Of a stretch of DNA of 35,944 nucleotides, positions 1 through 9,138 are shown piece by piece. The notes under the pieces were generated by a model. That model was not told the DNA's origin. It searched no databases and saw only the letters and a list, made by a program, of their open reading frames with translations. The DNA is taken from contig NZ_JAJQXW010000004.1 of assembly GCF_021246445.1 (NCBI RefSeq), forward strand, positions 248,001 through 283,944, written 5' to 3'. The stretch comes from Rhabdothermincola salaria. GTDB taxonomy: Bacteria > Actinomycetota > Acidimicrobiia > Acidimicrobiales > Acidimicrobilacustridaceae. Numbering within the stretch: the stretch's first letter is position 1; each line of letters begins with the position of its first letter. The translations under genes were made by a program, and so were the position numbers.

Positions 1-2
1 CC

Positions 3-521
3 GACCTGGGTGTGCTGGAGGGCGACCGAGCGCTCGCCGGCCTCGCCGCCGACGGCCGCCGCATCCCGATGCTCACCACCGCCATGAGCCCCGCCGCCGC
101 CCGACGGGCGGCGTCGGTCGGCGCCGGCGTCCTCTACGACGGAGCCAGCGTGCTGAGCCGCCTGCGCCGCCTCTCCGACGAGCACCGCGCCGCCGGCGGC
201 ACCGCCCCTCGGGTGCTGCTGCGTCGGGTGTGGATCGGCGAGCCTCCCGAGGAGGCGTTCGCCGCCCAGTTCGAGGTGTACCAGGGCTACACGCCCGCCG
301 AACGCCAGAGCCACTGGGAGGGATCGGGCTGGATGACCGGCGACGACCCCGCGGCCATCGCTCAGGAGCTGGCCACCGCCGTCCACGAGTCCGGCAGCGA
401 CGCCCTGAACCTGCGCATCCACGCCCCCGGCATCGCCGCCGAACGGGCCCACGAGCAGATCGAGGTGCTCGGCGCCGAGCTGCTCCCCCGACTCCGACCC
501 CTGCTCGCCGCCGGAGGCTGA
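3..521 (+). CDS. LLM-class (luciferase-like) flavin-dependent oxidoreductase, 5'-truncated at window edge
   Basis: Frame is open from position 3. C-terminal LLM-like pattern 'AARRAA..G', 'TGDDPAAIAQEL...GSDALNLR', 'EQIEVLGAELLPRLR'. Confidence 0.7.
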   Translation, partial: DLGVLEGDRALAGLAADGRRIPMLTTAMSPAAARRAASVGAGVLYDGASVLSRLRRLSDEHRAAGGTAPRVLLRRVWIGEPPEEAFAAQFEVYQGYTPAERQSHWEGSGWMTGDDPAAIAQELATAVHESGSDALNLRIHAPGIAAERAHEQIEVLGAELLPRLRPLLAAGG

Positions 522-525
522 CCCG

Positions 526-2331
526 GTGCGCCTGGTCGTCGACCGCATCGAGGTGCCCGGCGCCGGGCGGGTGCGCCTCAGCGGTCCGGGCGGGCCCGGC
601 GGCGGGCTCGAGGGTCTGGCCACGTCGCTCTCCGGCCCGGCACCGTGGCCGGCGGAGCTGTTGCCGTCCGGGGCCGAGGGCGAGCGCTGGAGCTGGCGCA
701 TCGTCGAGGACGCCGGCGCACCCCGGGCCGTGCGGCGCGCCGCCCTCGTGTTCCGTCTCGTCGACGTCGTCGGCCCCGTGCGGATGTTCCGCCACGGCTA
801 CCAGTCGTGGAGCCCGTGCGGCACCGCCGTCTTCGGCCGTGACCGCGACCCGTCGCTGGCCGCCGGTTCGCTCGAGCTGGTCCGGGGGGTGCACCAGGCC
901 GACCAGAGCGTCGTCGACGACCCCCAGGAGCTGCGCTCCGAGTGGGTGACGGTGCTGGCCGACAGCCGTGGAGAGGCGGTGCTCGTCGGAGCCGACGGCG
1001 GCACCGAGCACGACACCACCTTCCGGCTCCGGTCCGGCGAGGCCGACCCCGAGCTGTGGTGCGAGGCCTTCCTCGGCGACCTGGTGCTCGGCCCCGACGA
1101 GGTCCGCTCGTTCCACGACCTGGTGGTCGCCGCCGGCCTCCCGGCCGAGGACCTGCTGGCGGCCTGGGCCCGCCTCGCCGGCCGCGTCGGCGGGGCCCGC
1201 ACGGACGCGCCCTTCCAAGTCGGGTGGTGCAGCTGGTACCAGTACTTCCACGACGTCACCGAAGGCGACATCGTGGCCAACCTCGACCGGGCAGGCGACT
1301 GGCCCTTCGACGTCGTGCAGGTCGACGACGGCCACCAGCGCGCCATCGGCGACTGGCTGGTCACCAACGACCGCTTCCCCAGCGGCCTCGAGGCCATGGC
1401 CGCCCGCATCCGGGATGCGGGGCACCGCCCCGGCATCTGGCTGGCGCCGTTCCTCGCCGCCCCCGACTCAGAGGTGGCCACGACCCATCCCGACTGGCTG
1501 GCCCGGTTCCCCGACGGCTCCCCGCTCATCACCATGTTCAACCCGCCGTGGGGCGGCGGCCTCGACGGGTTCATGTACGGCCTCGACACCAGCCATCCGG
1601 AGGTGCTGGCCCACCTCGAGGCGGTGGCCGCCACGCTCGTGCACGCGGGCTTCACCTACCTGAAGCTGGACTTCACGTTCAGCCCTTCCTTCGACGGCGT
1701 CTGGCACGACCGCTCCCTGACCCCCGCCCAGCGGGTGCGCGCCGGGTTCGACGCCGTCCGCGCCGGCGCCGACCGGGCGGCCCGGATCGCCGCCCCCGAC
1801 GAGGGGGCCTTCCTCCTGGGCTGCGGAGCGCCGCTGGCCCACGTGGTGGGGGTCGTCGACGGCAACCGCATCGGTGCCGACGTCGCCCCCTCCTGGCCGG
1901 TCGAACCCGCCACCGAGCCGCTGGCCGGCTACGTCGAGAGCCAACCCTCCACGGCCAACGCCTGGCGCAACACCGCGGCTCGCAGCTCCATGCACCGCCG
2001 ACTCTGGCTCAACGACCCCGACTGCGTGATGTTGCGCACCGACCACACCGCCCTCGGTGAGACGGCGGCCACCACCTGGGCCCACGCCGTCGGCGTGTCG
2101 GGAGGCATGGCGTTGGTGTCCGACGACCTGGCGTTGCTCGGCCCCGACGCCCGGCGGCTGTTCGACGAGGTCATCGCCCTGGGTCGCATCGCCGACGACG
2201 CCGCCCGGGCGGGGTCGCCACCCCGACCACCGGGCCTGATGGCCGCCGAGGCACCCGAACGGTTGTCGTCGGCCGCCGGTTCTCTCGTGGTGGAGGTCCC
2301 GACCGGCCGCTCCCGCCTCGACCGAGGCTGA
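526..2331 (+). CDS. Glycoside hydrolase family 36 (alpha-galactosidase-like)
   Basis: GH36 motifs GWCSWYQYF, VVQVDDG, GIWLAPF, YLKLDF (nucleophile Asp), RIGAD (acid/base Asp), WLNDPDC. Confidence 0.9.
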   Translation: MRLVVDRIEVPGAGRVRLSGPGGPGGGLEGLATSLSGPAPWPAELLPSGAEGERWSWRIVEDAGAPRAVRRAALVFRLVDVVGPVRMFRHGYQSWSPCGTAVFGRDRDPSLAAGSLELVRGVHQADQSVVDDPQELRSEWVTVLADSRGEAVLVGADGGTEHDTTFRLRSGEADPELWCEAFLGDLVLGPDEVRSFHDLVVAAGLPAEDLLAAWARLAGRVGGARTDAPFQVGWCSWYQYFHDVTEGDIVANLDRAGDWPFDVVQVDDGHQRAIGDWLVTNDRFPSGLEAMAARIRDAGHRPGIWLAPFLAAPDSEVATTHPDWLARFPDGSPLITMFNPPWGGGLDGFMYGLDTSHPEVLAHLEAVAATLVHAGFTYLKLDFTFSPSFDGVWHDRSLTPAQRVRAGFDAVRAGADRAARIAAPDEGAFLLGCGAPLAHVVGVVDGNRIGADVAPSWPVEPATEPLAGYVESQPSTANAWRNTAARSSMHRRLWLNDPDCVMLRTDHTALGETAATTWAHAVGVSGGMALVSDDLALLGPDARRLFDEVIALGRIADDAARAGSPPRPPGLMAAEAPERLSSAAGSLVVEVPTGRSRLDRG

Positions 2332-2338
2332 CCGGAGT

Positions 2339-4213
2339 TCAGACGATGAGGTCGCCGACGTCGCCGCGGACCAGCGTGCGGTACAGCTCGGCGTAGAGGC
2401 CCTCGGCGGCGAGCAGCTCCTCATGGCGCCCGGACTCCACCAGGCGCCCACGGTCGATCACCAGGATCTTGTCGGCGCTGCGGATGGTGGACAGGCGATG
2501 GGCGATCACGAGGGCGGTGCGACCCTCGAGCGCGGTGGCCAGCGCCTGTTGCACGAGCGACTCGTTCTCGCTGTCGAGGTGGCTGGTGGCCTCGTCGAGC
2601 ACCACCACCGCTGGGTCCTTCACCAGCATCCGGGCGATGGCGAGGCGTTGCTTCTCGCCGCCGGACAGCCGGTAGCCCCGCTCGCCGACGACGGTGTCGT
2701 AGCCCTCGGGCAGGGCGGTGATGACCTCGTGGATCTGGGCCGCCCGGCAGGCGCCGATCAGCTCGGCGTCGGTGGCGTCGGGACGCGCGTAGCGCAGGTT
2801 GGAGGCCACCGTGTCGTGGAAGAGGTGCGGGTCCTGGCTGACCACCCCGACCGCGTCGCGCAGCGAGTCGAGGGTGAGGTCGCGAACGTCGTGGCCGTCG
2901 ATGCGCACGGCACCGCCGGTCACGTCGTACAGGCGGGGCACCAGCGAGCTGAGCGTCGTCTTGCCCGCGCCCGAGGGGCCCACCAGGGCGACCAGCTGGC
3001 CCGGTTCGACGCTGACGGTGACGTCGTGGAGCACCTCGACACCGACCTGGTCGTCGAGGTCCGTGCCCGGGGCCTCGAGCGACGCCAACGACACCTGGCT
3101 GGCGGCCGGGTACCGGAACGAGACGTGGTCGAACTCGATGCCTCCCTTGGGGGCCTCGAGGGCCACCGCCCCGTCGCGATCGGTGATGGGGTTGGGCAGG
3201 TCGAGCACCTCGAAGACCCGGTCGAACGACACGAGGGCGGTCATCACGTCGACCCGGGCGTTGGAGAGCCCCGTGAGCGGGGCGTAGATGCGAGCGACCA
3301 ACGCGGCGAGGGCGACCATGGTGCCCAGCGTGATGGTGCCGCTGATGACCAGTTGGCCGCCGAACCAGTAGACGAGGGCCGTGCCGATGGCCCCCACGAG
3401 CGTGAGCGCGATGAAGAACGTGCGCCCGTACATGGCGCTGCGGATGCCGATGTCGCGCACCCTCCCGGCGCGCGACGAGAACTCCGTCGACTCGCGCGAG
3501 CGATGCCCGAAGAGCTTGACCAGCAGGGCACCCGACACGTTGAAGCGCTCGGTCATGGTGGTGTTCATCGAGGCGTTGAGGTCGAACCCCTCCCGGGTCA
3601 TGGCCGAGAGGCGCCGGCCGACCCGTTTGGCCGGGATGATGAAGATCGGGAGGACGACGAGGGTCATCAGCGTGAGGCGCCATTCGAGGGCCAACATGGC
3701 CGCCAGCGTGGTGACGAGCACGATGACGTTGGACACCACCGACCCGAGCGTGGTGGTGACGGCGCGCTGGGCACCGATGACATCGTTGTTGAGTCGACTC
3801 ATCAGCGCACCGGTCTGGGTGCGGGTGAAGAAGGCGATCGGCATGGCCGACACGTGGTCGAAGAGCTTCACCCGCAGGTCGTAGATGACCCCCTCGCCGA
3901 TGCGGGCCGAGTACCAACGTTCGACGAACGACAAGGCGGCCGCGGTGAGGGCGGCTCCGACGATGAGGGCCGCCAGCAGGTGCAGGGCGCTGCGGTCGCC
4001 CTCGGGGATGGCCTGGTCGATGATGCGCCGCAGCAGCAACGGCGGCACCAGCTCGAGCAGGGCCTGCACGACGATGACGCCGATGAACCCGACGATGGCG
4101 CCCGTGTAGGGCCGGGCGAACGAGAGGACCCGGCGCATGGTGCGGCGGCCGAGCTTGACGCCCTTGACCCGGTCGGGGTCCGAGCCCATCAGCATGTGGG
4201 GGGACTGGTGCAT
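2339..4213 (-). CDS. ABC exporter, fused transmembrane + ATP-binding domains (MsbA/MdlB-like)
   Basis: Hydrophobic N-half, Walker A GPSGAGKT, signature LSGGEKQR, Walker B VVVLDEATS, IAHRLST. Start placed at ATG 4213 because the longer ORF overlaps a tRNA. Confidence 0.92.
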   Translation of the reverse strand: MHQSPHMLMGSDPDRVKGVKLGRRTMRRVLSFARPYTGAIVGFIGVIVVQALLELVPPLLLRRIIDQAIPEGDRSALHLLAALIVGAALTAAALSFVERWYSARIGEGVIYDLRVKLFDHVSAMPIAFFTRTQTGALMSRLNNDVIGAQRAVTTTLGSVVSNVIVLVTTLAAMLALEWRLTLMTLVVLPIFIIPAKRVGRRLSAMTREGFDLNASMNTTMTERFNVSGALLVKLFGHRSRESTEFSSRAGRVRDIGIRSAMYGRTFFIALTLVGAIGTALVYWFGGQLVISGTITLGTMVALAALVARIYAPLTGLSNARVDVMTALVSFDRVFEVLDLPNPITDRDGAVALEAPKGGIEFDHVSFRYPAASQVSLASLEAPGTDLDDQVGVEVLHDVTVSVEPGQLVALVGPSGAGKTTLSSLVPRLYDVTGGAVRIDGHDVRDLTLDSLRDAVGVVSQDPHLFHDTVASNLRYARPDATDAELIGACRAAQIHEVITALPEGYDTVVGERGYRLSGGEKQRLAIARMLVKDPAVVVLDEATSHLDSENESLVQQALATALEGRTALVIAHRLSTIRSADKILVIDRGRLVESGRHEELLAAEGLYAELYRTLVRGDVGDLIV

Positions 4214-4283
4214 GAGACCCGCCAGGCTACGGCGGGCTGACCCGGACCACGCCACCGGGCGGGCGCGTGGTCGAGGCGTTGAG

Positions 4284-4373
4284 TGGCGGAGAGTGTGGGA
4301 TTCGAACCCACGGTGACCCGAAGGCCACAACGGCTTTCGAGGCCGCCCCATTCGTCCGCTCTGGCAACTCTCC
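4284..4373 (-). tRNA. tRNA-Ser(CGA)
   Basis: Minus strand GGAGAGTTGCCAGAGCGG...GCGGC-CT-CGA-AA-GCCGT, long variable arm, GGTTCGAATCC, acceptor ACTCTCC-G-CCA (CCA encoded). Confidence 0.97.
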
Positions 4374-4504
4374 GCCGTCGACACTAGCGGCGCCCGTCGG
4401 GACCGGTCGAAACCGGTTCGCTCCGCATCCGACCCGTCCACCCAGGCGGCGGGGGCACCCGGACCAGCGGTCGCAGGACGGCGGGGCGGGATCGACGTGA
4501 AGGC

Positions 4505-4957
4505 TCAGCGGCGCTCGGCGAAGAACGCCGTGAGCAACGCCGCGCACTCGGCGGCGCGCACGTCGATGGTGGTGGCGAACTCGTGGTTCAGCCGGGGATC
4601 GCTGCCGAGGTGGTAGAGCGAGCCGCAGGCCCCCGCCTTCAGGTCACGAGCACCGAACACCAGCCGGCCGATGCGAGCGTTGACCAGGGCCCCGGCGCAC
4701 ATGGCGCACGGTTCGAGGGTCACCACGAGGGTGGCGTCGGAGAGCCGCCACCGGCCCAGGGCCTCGGCGGCGTCGCGAAGCGCCAGGACCTCGGCGTGGG
4801 CGGTGGGATCGCCGAGGAGCTCCCGCTCGTTGTGGCGCGCCGCGACCACCGCACCGTCGACCACCACCAGCGCACCCACCGGCACGTCACCGTGGGCGAG
4901 GGAGCGCTGCGCCTCGGCGAGGGCCAGGCCCATCAGGTCGTCGTCGGTGGGGGGCAC
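4505..4957 (-). CDS. tadA: tRNA-specific adenosine deaminase
   Basis: DVPVGA, DPTAHAEVLAL, TLEPCAMCAGA, K.GACGS, LNH, FFAERR; typical position near tRNA-Ser/ffs/dnaX. Confidence 0.93.
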   Translation of the reverse strand: MPPTDDDLMGLALAEAQRSLAHGDVPVGALVVVDGAVVAARHNERELLGDPTAHAEVLALRDAAEALGRWRLSDATLVVTLEPCAMCAGALVNARIGRLVFGARDLKAGACGSLYHLGSDPRLNHEFATTIDVRAAECAALLTAFFAERR

Positions 4958-4974
4958 GGCGGACGACGGAGCCC

Positions 4975-5445
4975 TCAGGGCGTCCGGGACTCGAGGATGG
5001 CCATGACCTCACGCAGCCGATCGGCATGCTTGGTCTCCTCGCGCCCGTTGAGGCGCAGCAGCCGGGCCACCTCCGGGTCGTCCTCGTGGTCGGCCCACCC
5101 CTGGTAGCCGGCGTCGCCGTCGATCTCGCCGGCCACGATGAGCGGCAGCATGGCCGGATCGATGGGATCGGGGAGGTCGATCTGGAGGGGCTCGGACAGC
5201 TCCGGCGGGGCCTCGTAGCCCTCGCCCACCTTCAGCTCGAGGGCCCGCAGGACCCGGCGGGCGTGGCCCGCTTCCTCCCGGCCGTTGCGCCGCAGGAGCA
5301 CCGCGGCCTCCTCGTCGCCGATGCGGTCGGCGAGCACGTCGTAGAACGCCACCCCGCTGTTCTCGAGGCGCACCAGGAGCTCCATGTCGGCCACGTCGAG
5401 ACGTTCGACGGCGGCCAGCTGGAGCGAGGCGGAGAGGAAGTCCAT
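4975..5445 (-). CDS. Ferritin-like (rubrerythrin-type) di-iron four-helix bundle protein
   Basis: Ligand pattern E(LENSG)..EEAGH..E(GEIDG)..EETKH. Start at ATG 5445 with a -10-like CATGAT 6 nt upstream; the longer ORF overlaps a tRNA. Confidence 0.8.
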   Translation of the reverse strand: MDFLSASLQLAAVERLDVADMELLVRLENSGVAFYDVLADRIGDEEAAVLLRRNGREEAGHARRVLRALELKVGEGYEAPPELSEPLQIDLPDPIDPAMLPLIVAGEIDGDAGYQGWADHEDDPEVARLLRLNGREETKHADRLREVMAILESRTP

Positions 5446-5485
5446 GGCGCCATCATGGTCCACATCGCCCGGCGCCGGACGCGAA

Positions 5486-5510
5486 GAACCCGCCTCGTCG
5501 AGGCGGGTTC
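5486..5510 (-). terminator. Hairpin downstream of tRNA-Ser(GGA), probable terminator or processing site
   Basis: Perfect inverted repeat GAACCCGCCTCG/CGAGGCGGGTTC followed by a short TT on the minus strand. Confidence 0.55.
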
Positions 5511-5513
5511 CGG

Positions 5514-5598
5514 CGGAGGGAGTGGGATTCGAACCCACGGTGAGTTTCCCCACACACGCTTTCCAAGCGTGCCGATTCGGCCGCTCTCGCACCCCTCC
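5514..5598 (-). tRNA. tRNA-Ser(GGA)
   Basis: Minus strand GGAGGGGTGCGAGAGCGG...CACGC-TT-GGA-AA-GCGTG, long variable arm, GGTTCGAATCC; 3' CCA not encoded. Confidence 0.97.
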
Positions 5599-5642
5599 AG
5601 GTGCCACCCGCCCGGGGAGCCGGGCGGACGATCGCAGCGATG

Positions 5643-5652
5643 AGGGTATCGT
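5643..5652. promoter_or_regulatory. Overlapping divergent -10 elements for tRNA-Ser(GGA) and SRP RNA
   Basis: TATCGT (+, 5647-5652) lies 7 nt before the SRP stem; TACCCT (-, 5648-5643) lies upstream of the tRNA. Confidence 0.5.
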
Positions 5653-5659
5653 GTCGCAA

Positions 5660-5795
5660 GGCCCGCTCTCGCGTGTGGCGGTCGGGTCCTGTGCAATCGA
5701 AGCCTGTGAACCGAGTCAGGGCCGGAAGGCAGCAGCTCTCAGCGGGACCTTCGATGTGCCGCAGGTCGCCTGACCGTCACACGGGGGAGCGGGCC
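5660..5795 (+). ncRNA. ffs: Signal recognition particle RNA (small bacterial type)
   Basis: Domain IV motif TCAGG-GCC-GGAA-GGC-AGCA; long closing stem GGCCCGCTCTC.../...GGGGAGCGGGCC; located upstream of dnaX. Confidence 0.93.
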
Positions 5796-5900
5796 CGGCC
5801 GCGCCCGGGCCTCTCCCCGCCAGACCCCGGGCCGATCCGCCGCCGGTGAGCCCGGGATCCGGAGGGCGCCGTCACCGACGATCGGTAGGCTCGGATCCCG

Positions 5901-7937
5901 ATGTCGTACCAGTCGCTCTACCGTCGCTACCGTCCCCGCCGCTTCGCCGAGGTGCGCGGCCAGCAGCACCTGGTCTCGGCCCTGCGCAACGCCGTGCGCG
6001 AAGACCGTGTGGGCCACGCCTACCTGCTCAGCGGCCCCCGGGGCACGGGCAAGACCTCCACCGCTCGCATCCTGGCCAAGGTCCTCAACTGCGAGAACCC
6101 GGTCGACGGCGAGCCGTGCTGCGAGTGCCCGTCGTGCGTGGCCATCGAGGCCGGCACCAGCTTCGACGTCCACGAGCTCGACGCCGCCTCCAACAACGGC
6201 GTGGAAGCCGTGCGAGAGCTCATCGCCAAGGCGTCGCTGGGCACCCCGGGGCGCACCAAGGTGTACATCCTCGACGAGGTCCACATGCTCTCGAGCGCGG
6301 CGTCGAACGCCTTGCTCAAGACCCTCGAGGAGCCGCCCGAGCACGTGGTGTTCGTGCTGGCCACCACCGATCCGCAGAAGGTGCTGCCCACCATCCGCAG
6401 CCGCACCCAGCACTTCGAGGTGCACCTGCTGCCGGCCACCGACCTCGAGTCGCTGGTCGACGACGTCGTCGCCGACGCCGGCCTCGACGTCGACGAGGTG
6501 GGCAAGGCCTACGTGCTGCGCGCCGGTGGCGGGTCGGCCCGCGACACCCTCTCGGCGCTCGACCGCGTCGTGGCCGCCGGCGGGGTGCCCGACGAGGCCG
6601 ACGCCCTCGACGAGCTGGTCGAGGCGCTCTGCGACCGCGACACCGCACGGGCGCTCGTCGCCGTCGACGCCGCGCTGGCCCGCGGCCGCAGCCCCCGGGT
6701 CCTCGGTGAGTCGCTCATCGCCCGCCTGCGCGACGTGTTCCTCGCCGCGGTGCGGGCCGACCTGTCCCGCCTCACCGAGGCCGACCAACAACGCTGCCAC
6801 GACCACGCCGAACGCCTCGGAGCCGCCGGTGCCACCCGGGCGCTCGAGGTCCTCGGCGACGCCTTCGTCGGTATCCAGGACGCCCTCGACCCGCGCATCC
6901 CGCTCGAGGTCGCCCTCGTCCGTCTCACCCGGGCCGACGCCGACACCTCCCCCGCGGCGCTCGCCGAACGGCTCACCCGTCTCGAACGGGCCCTCGCCGA
7001 GGGCGGCACGGTCGCCGCGCCGGCCGCCCCTCGCAGACCGGCGCCGTCAGCAGCCCCCGCCTCGGACGCCACACCCGCTCCGGATCCGGCGCCCGCCAGC
7101 GCCGCCGCGCCCGCAGCCCCGTCCACCTCGGCGTCTCCCGCCGAGGCCGAGCCCGAGAACGAGGACGACGGGCCGACCGCCCCCACCGGCCCCGGGCCGC
7201 GGTCCGGTGCGGGAGGACGACCGGGCGACGTGGCCCGCGAGCAGCTGGCCCGGGCCCGCGGCGCCGAGGGGGCACCTGCTCGCCCGCCCGCACCGGCCGA
7301 CCCGGTCGCCACCGAGCGACCCCCCTCCCCTCCGCCCCGGCGCCCCGGACCCCCGTCCCGCCGTGCCCCCGGGGCTCCCGCGCCGTCCCCCCGGCCCGAC
7401 CGCACGCCGGCTCCGACGCCGCCGTCCGCTGCACCCGGTCCGCCGTCGGCCGACCCGCCCGCCGACGCGCCTACCGCGGCCACCACCACGCCCCCGTCGG
7501 GCCAGGCCCTGCCCGACCGCGACATGCTCACCATCGCGTGGGGCGACACCGTGCTGAGTTCGCTCCCCCAGAAGGCCAAGGTGCGCTTCGCGGGCGGCCG
7601 GTGGGTCACGGTCGAGGACGGCGTCGCCGTGTTCGGGCTGCCCAACGCGGTGCACGCCCAGCGCTGCGAGGAGTGCCGCCCGGACGTCGAGACCGCCTTG
7701 GCGGCCCACTTCGGCACCGCGGTCCCGGTCCGTCTCGTCGTCGACGAGCACGCCGAAGCCCCCCCGACACCCGGGGCGCCGTCGCGCAGCACCCCCGACC
7801 ACACCGAGGCCGACGACGACATCGACGTGAGCCAACTGGCCGATGCCGACGACGTGGCCGACACCGGCCTCGACCGAGTCACCTCGGTGTTCCCCGGCGC
7901 CGAGCTCGTCGACGACGGCACCGACCAGCTCCTCTGA
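5901..7937 (+). CDS. dnaX: DNA polymerase III subunit gamma/tau
   Basis: [15 protein letters not shown], zinc cysteines (NC...PCCECPSC), [30 protein letters not shown]; long Pro/Ala linker. Confidence 0.97.
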   Translation: MSYQSLYRRYRPRRFAEVRGQQHLVSALRNAVREDRVGHAYLLSGPRGTGKTSTARILAKVLNCENPVDGEPCCECPSCVAIEAGTSFDVHELDAASNNGVEAVRELIAKASLGTPGRTKVYILDEVHMLSSAASNALLKTLEEPPEHVVFVLATTDPQKVLPTIRSRTQHFEVHLLPATDLESLVDDVVADAGLDVDEVGKAYVLRAGGGSARDTLSALDRVVAAGGVPDEADALDELVEALCDRDTARALVAVDAALARGRSPRVLGESLIARLRDVFLAAVRADLSRLTEADQQRCHDHAERLGAAGATRALEVLGDAFVGIQDALDPRIPLEVALVRLTRADADTSPAALAERLTRLERALAEGGTVAAPAAPRRPAPSAAPASDATPAPDPAPASAAAPAAPSTSASPAEAEPENEDDGPTAPTGPGPRSGAGGRPGDVAREQLARARGAEGAPARPPAPADPVATERPPSPPPRRPGPPSRRAPGAPAPSPRPDRTPAPTPPSAAPGPPSADPPADAPTAATTTPPSGQALPDRDMLTIAWGDTVLSSLPQKAKVRFAGGRWVTVEDGVAVFGLPNAVHAQRCEECRPDVETALAAHFGTAVPVRLVVDEHAEAPPTPGAPSRSTPDHTEADDDIDVSQLADADDVADTGLDRVTSVFPGAELVDDGTDQLL

Positions 7938-7969
7938 GCCCCCCACCCACCCAGACCAGGAGCCCCGAC

Positions 7970-8431
7970 GTGAACGACTCCCTCGACCTCAACGCCATCC
8001 TCGGCCAGGCCATGGAGATGCAACAGCAGCTCCTCGAGGCCCAGGCCGCCGCCGCCGACGCGGAGGTGACCGGCCACGCCGGCGGCGGTGCCGTCACCGT
8101 GACCGTCACGGGAGGCCTCGAGTTCCGCTCGGTCTCGATCCGCCCCGATGCCGTCGACCCCGACGACGTGGAGATGCTGGAGGACCTCGTGCTGGCGGCG
8201 CTGCAGGACGCCATGGGCCAGGTCGGCGAGATGCAGCAGAGCTCCCTCGGCGGCCTCGACATGGGCGCCCTCGGCGGCCTCGGCGGCCTGGGTGGCACGG
8301 CCGGAGCGGGCGGGCCCGCCGACCTCGACATGGGCGCCCTGCTCGGCGGCGTGATCGAGACCGACGCCACCGACGCCGACGGGGACGACGACGACCACAC
8401 GACCGGTGGCGAGGGCTCGACCGGCTCGTGA
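7970..8431 (+). CDS. ybaB: YbaB/EbfC nucleoid-associated protein with Gly-rich/acidic C-terminal extension
   Basis: GTG after AGGAG; '[14 protein letters not shown]', '[15 protein letters not shown]'; lies between dnaX and recR. Confidence 0.92.
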   Translation: MNDSLDLNAILGQAMEMQQQLLEAQAAAADAEVTGHAGGGAVTVTVTGGLEFRSVSIRPDAVDPDDVEMLEDLVLAALQDAMGQVGEMQQSSLGGLDMGALGGLGGLGGTAGAGGPADLDMGALLGGVIETDATDADGDDDDHTTGGEGSTGS

Positions 8432-9030
8432 GCGTCTACGCCGGACCCGTCCAGGACCTCATCGACGAACTGGGCCGCCTGCCGGGGGTCGGACCCAAGT
8501 CCGCCCAGCGCATCGCCTTCCACCTGCTCAAGGTGTCGCCCGACGACGCCGCCCGCCTGGCCCGGGCCATCACCGTGGCCAAGGAACGGGTCACGTTCTG
8601 CACCCGGTGCTTCAACATCGCCGAAGGCGCCGAGTGCGGCATCTGCAACGACCCCCGACGGGAGGCCGGCCTGGTGTGCGTGGTCGAGGAGTCCCGCGAC
8701 ATCGTGGCCGTCGAGAAGACCGGCGAGTACAAGGGCCGCTACCACGTGCTGCAGGGCGCCATCAGCCCCATCGAGGGCATCGGCCCGGACCAGCTGCGCG
8801 TCAAGGAGCTGCTGGCTCGCCTCGAGCCCGAGGGGATCACCGAGGTGATCCTGTGCACCAACCCGAACATCGAAGGCGAGGCCACCGCCATGTACCTGGG
8901 TCGGCTCCTCAAGCCCCTCGGCCTCGCCGTCACCCGCATCGCCAGCGGCCTTCCGGTCGGCGGCGATCTCGAGTACGCCGACGAGCTCACCCTCGGCCGC
9001 GCCCTCGAGGGCCGACGCGCCGTCGAGTAG
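8428..9030 (+). CDS. recR: Recombination mediator RecR
   Basis: [12 protein letters not shown]4 finger CTRC..CGIC, Toprim region 'EGEATAMY', '[12 protein letters not shown]'; GTGA overlap with ybaB. Confidence 0.97.
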   Translation: MSVYAGPVQDLIDELGRLPGVGPKSAQRIAFHLLKVSPDDAARLARAITVAKERVTFCTRCFNIAEGAECGICNDPRREAGLVCVVEESRDIVAVEKTGEYKGRYHVLQGAISPIEGIGPDQLRVKELLARLEPEGITEVILCTNPNIEGEATAMYLGRLLKPLGLAVTRIASGLPVGGDLEYADELTLGRALEGRRAVE

Positions 9031-9138
9031 CCCTCCCACCACGACGACCGGGCGGCGCGTGCGACGAAGGCCCGACTCGATGGCCCGGACCCTCGCCGCG
9101 CGGTGACACCGTCGGGCCGACCGCCCTGGGCGGCTGGG

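Noticed and set aside
4214..4441. N-terminal ORF extensions running through tRNA genes (also 5446-5607, and the tRNA-Ala-overlapping ORF 35396-35884)
   Set aside because: They overlap canonical tRNAs. The first two have better starts with -10 elements downstream.
4284..5598. Integrated element bounded by the two tRNA-Ser genes
   Set aside because: Both are full-length tRNAs with different anticodons; there is no integrase, and tadA is a core gene.
5853..5900. 9-bp inverted repeat (CGGGATCCG/CGGATCCCG) bracketing the dnaX promoter
   Set aside because: It is short and GC-rich with a 30-nt loop, plausible by chance, and would not be in a near-leaderless transcript.
5901..7937. Programmed frameshift or slippage in dnaX producing a gamma subunit
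   Set aside because: No A-AAA-AAG heptamer or poly-A tract is visible; the long Pro/Ala linker is usual for actinobacterial DnaX.
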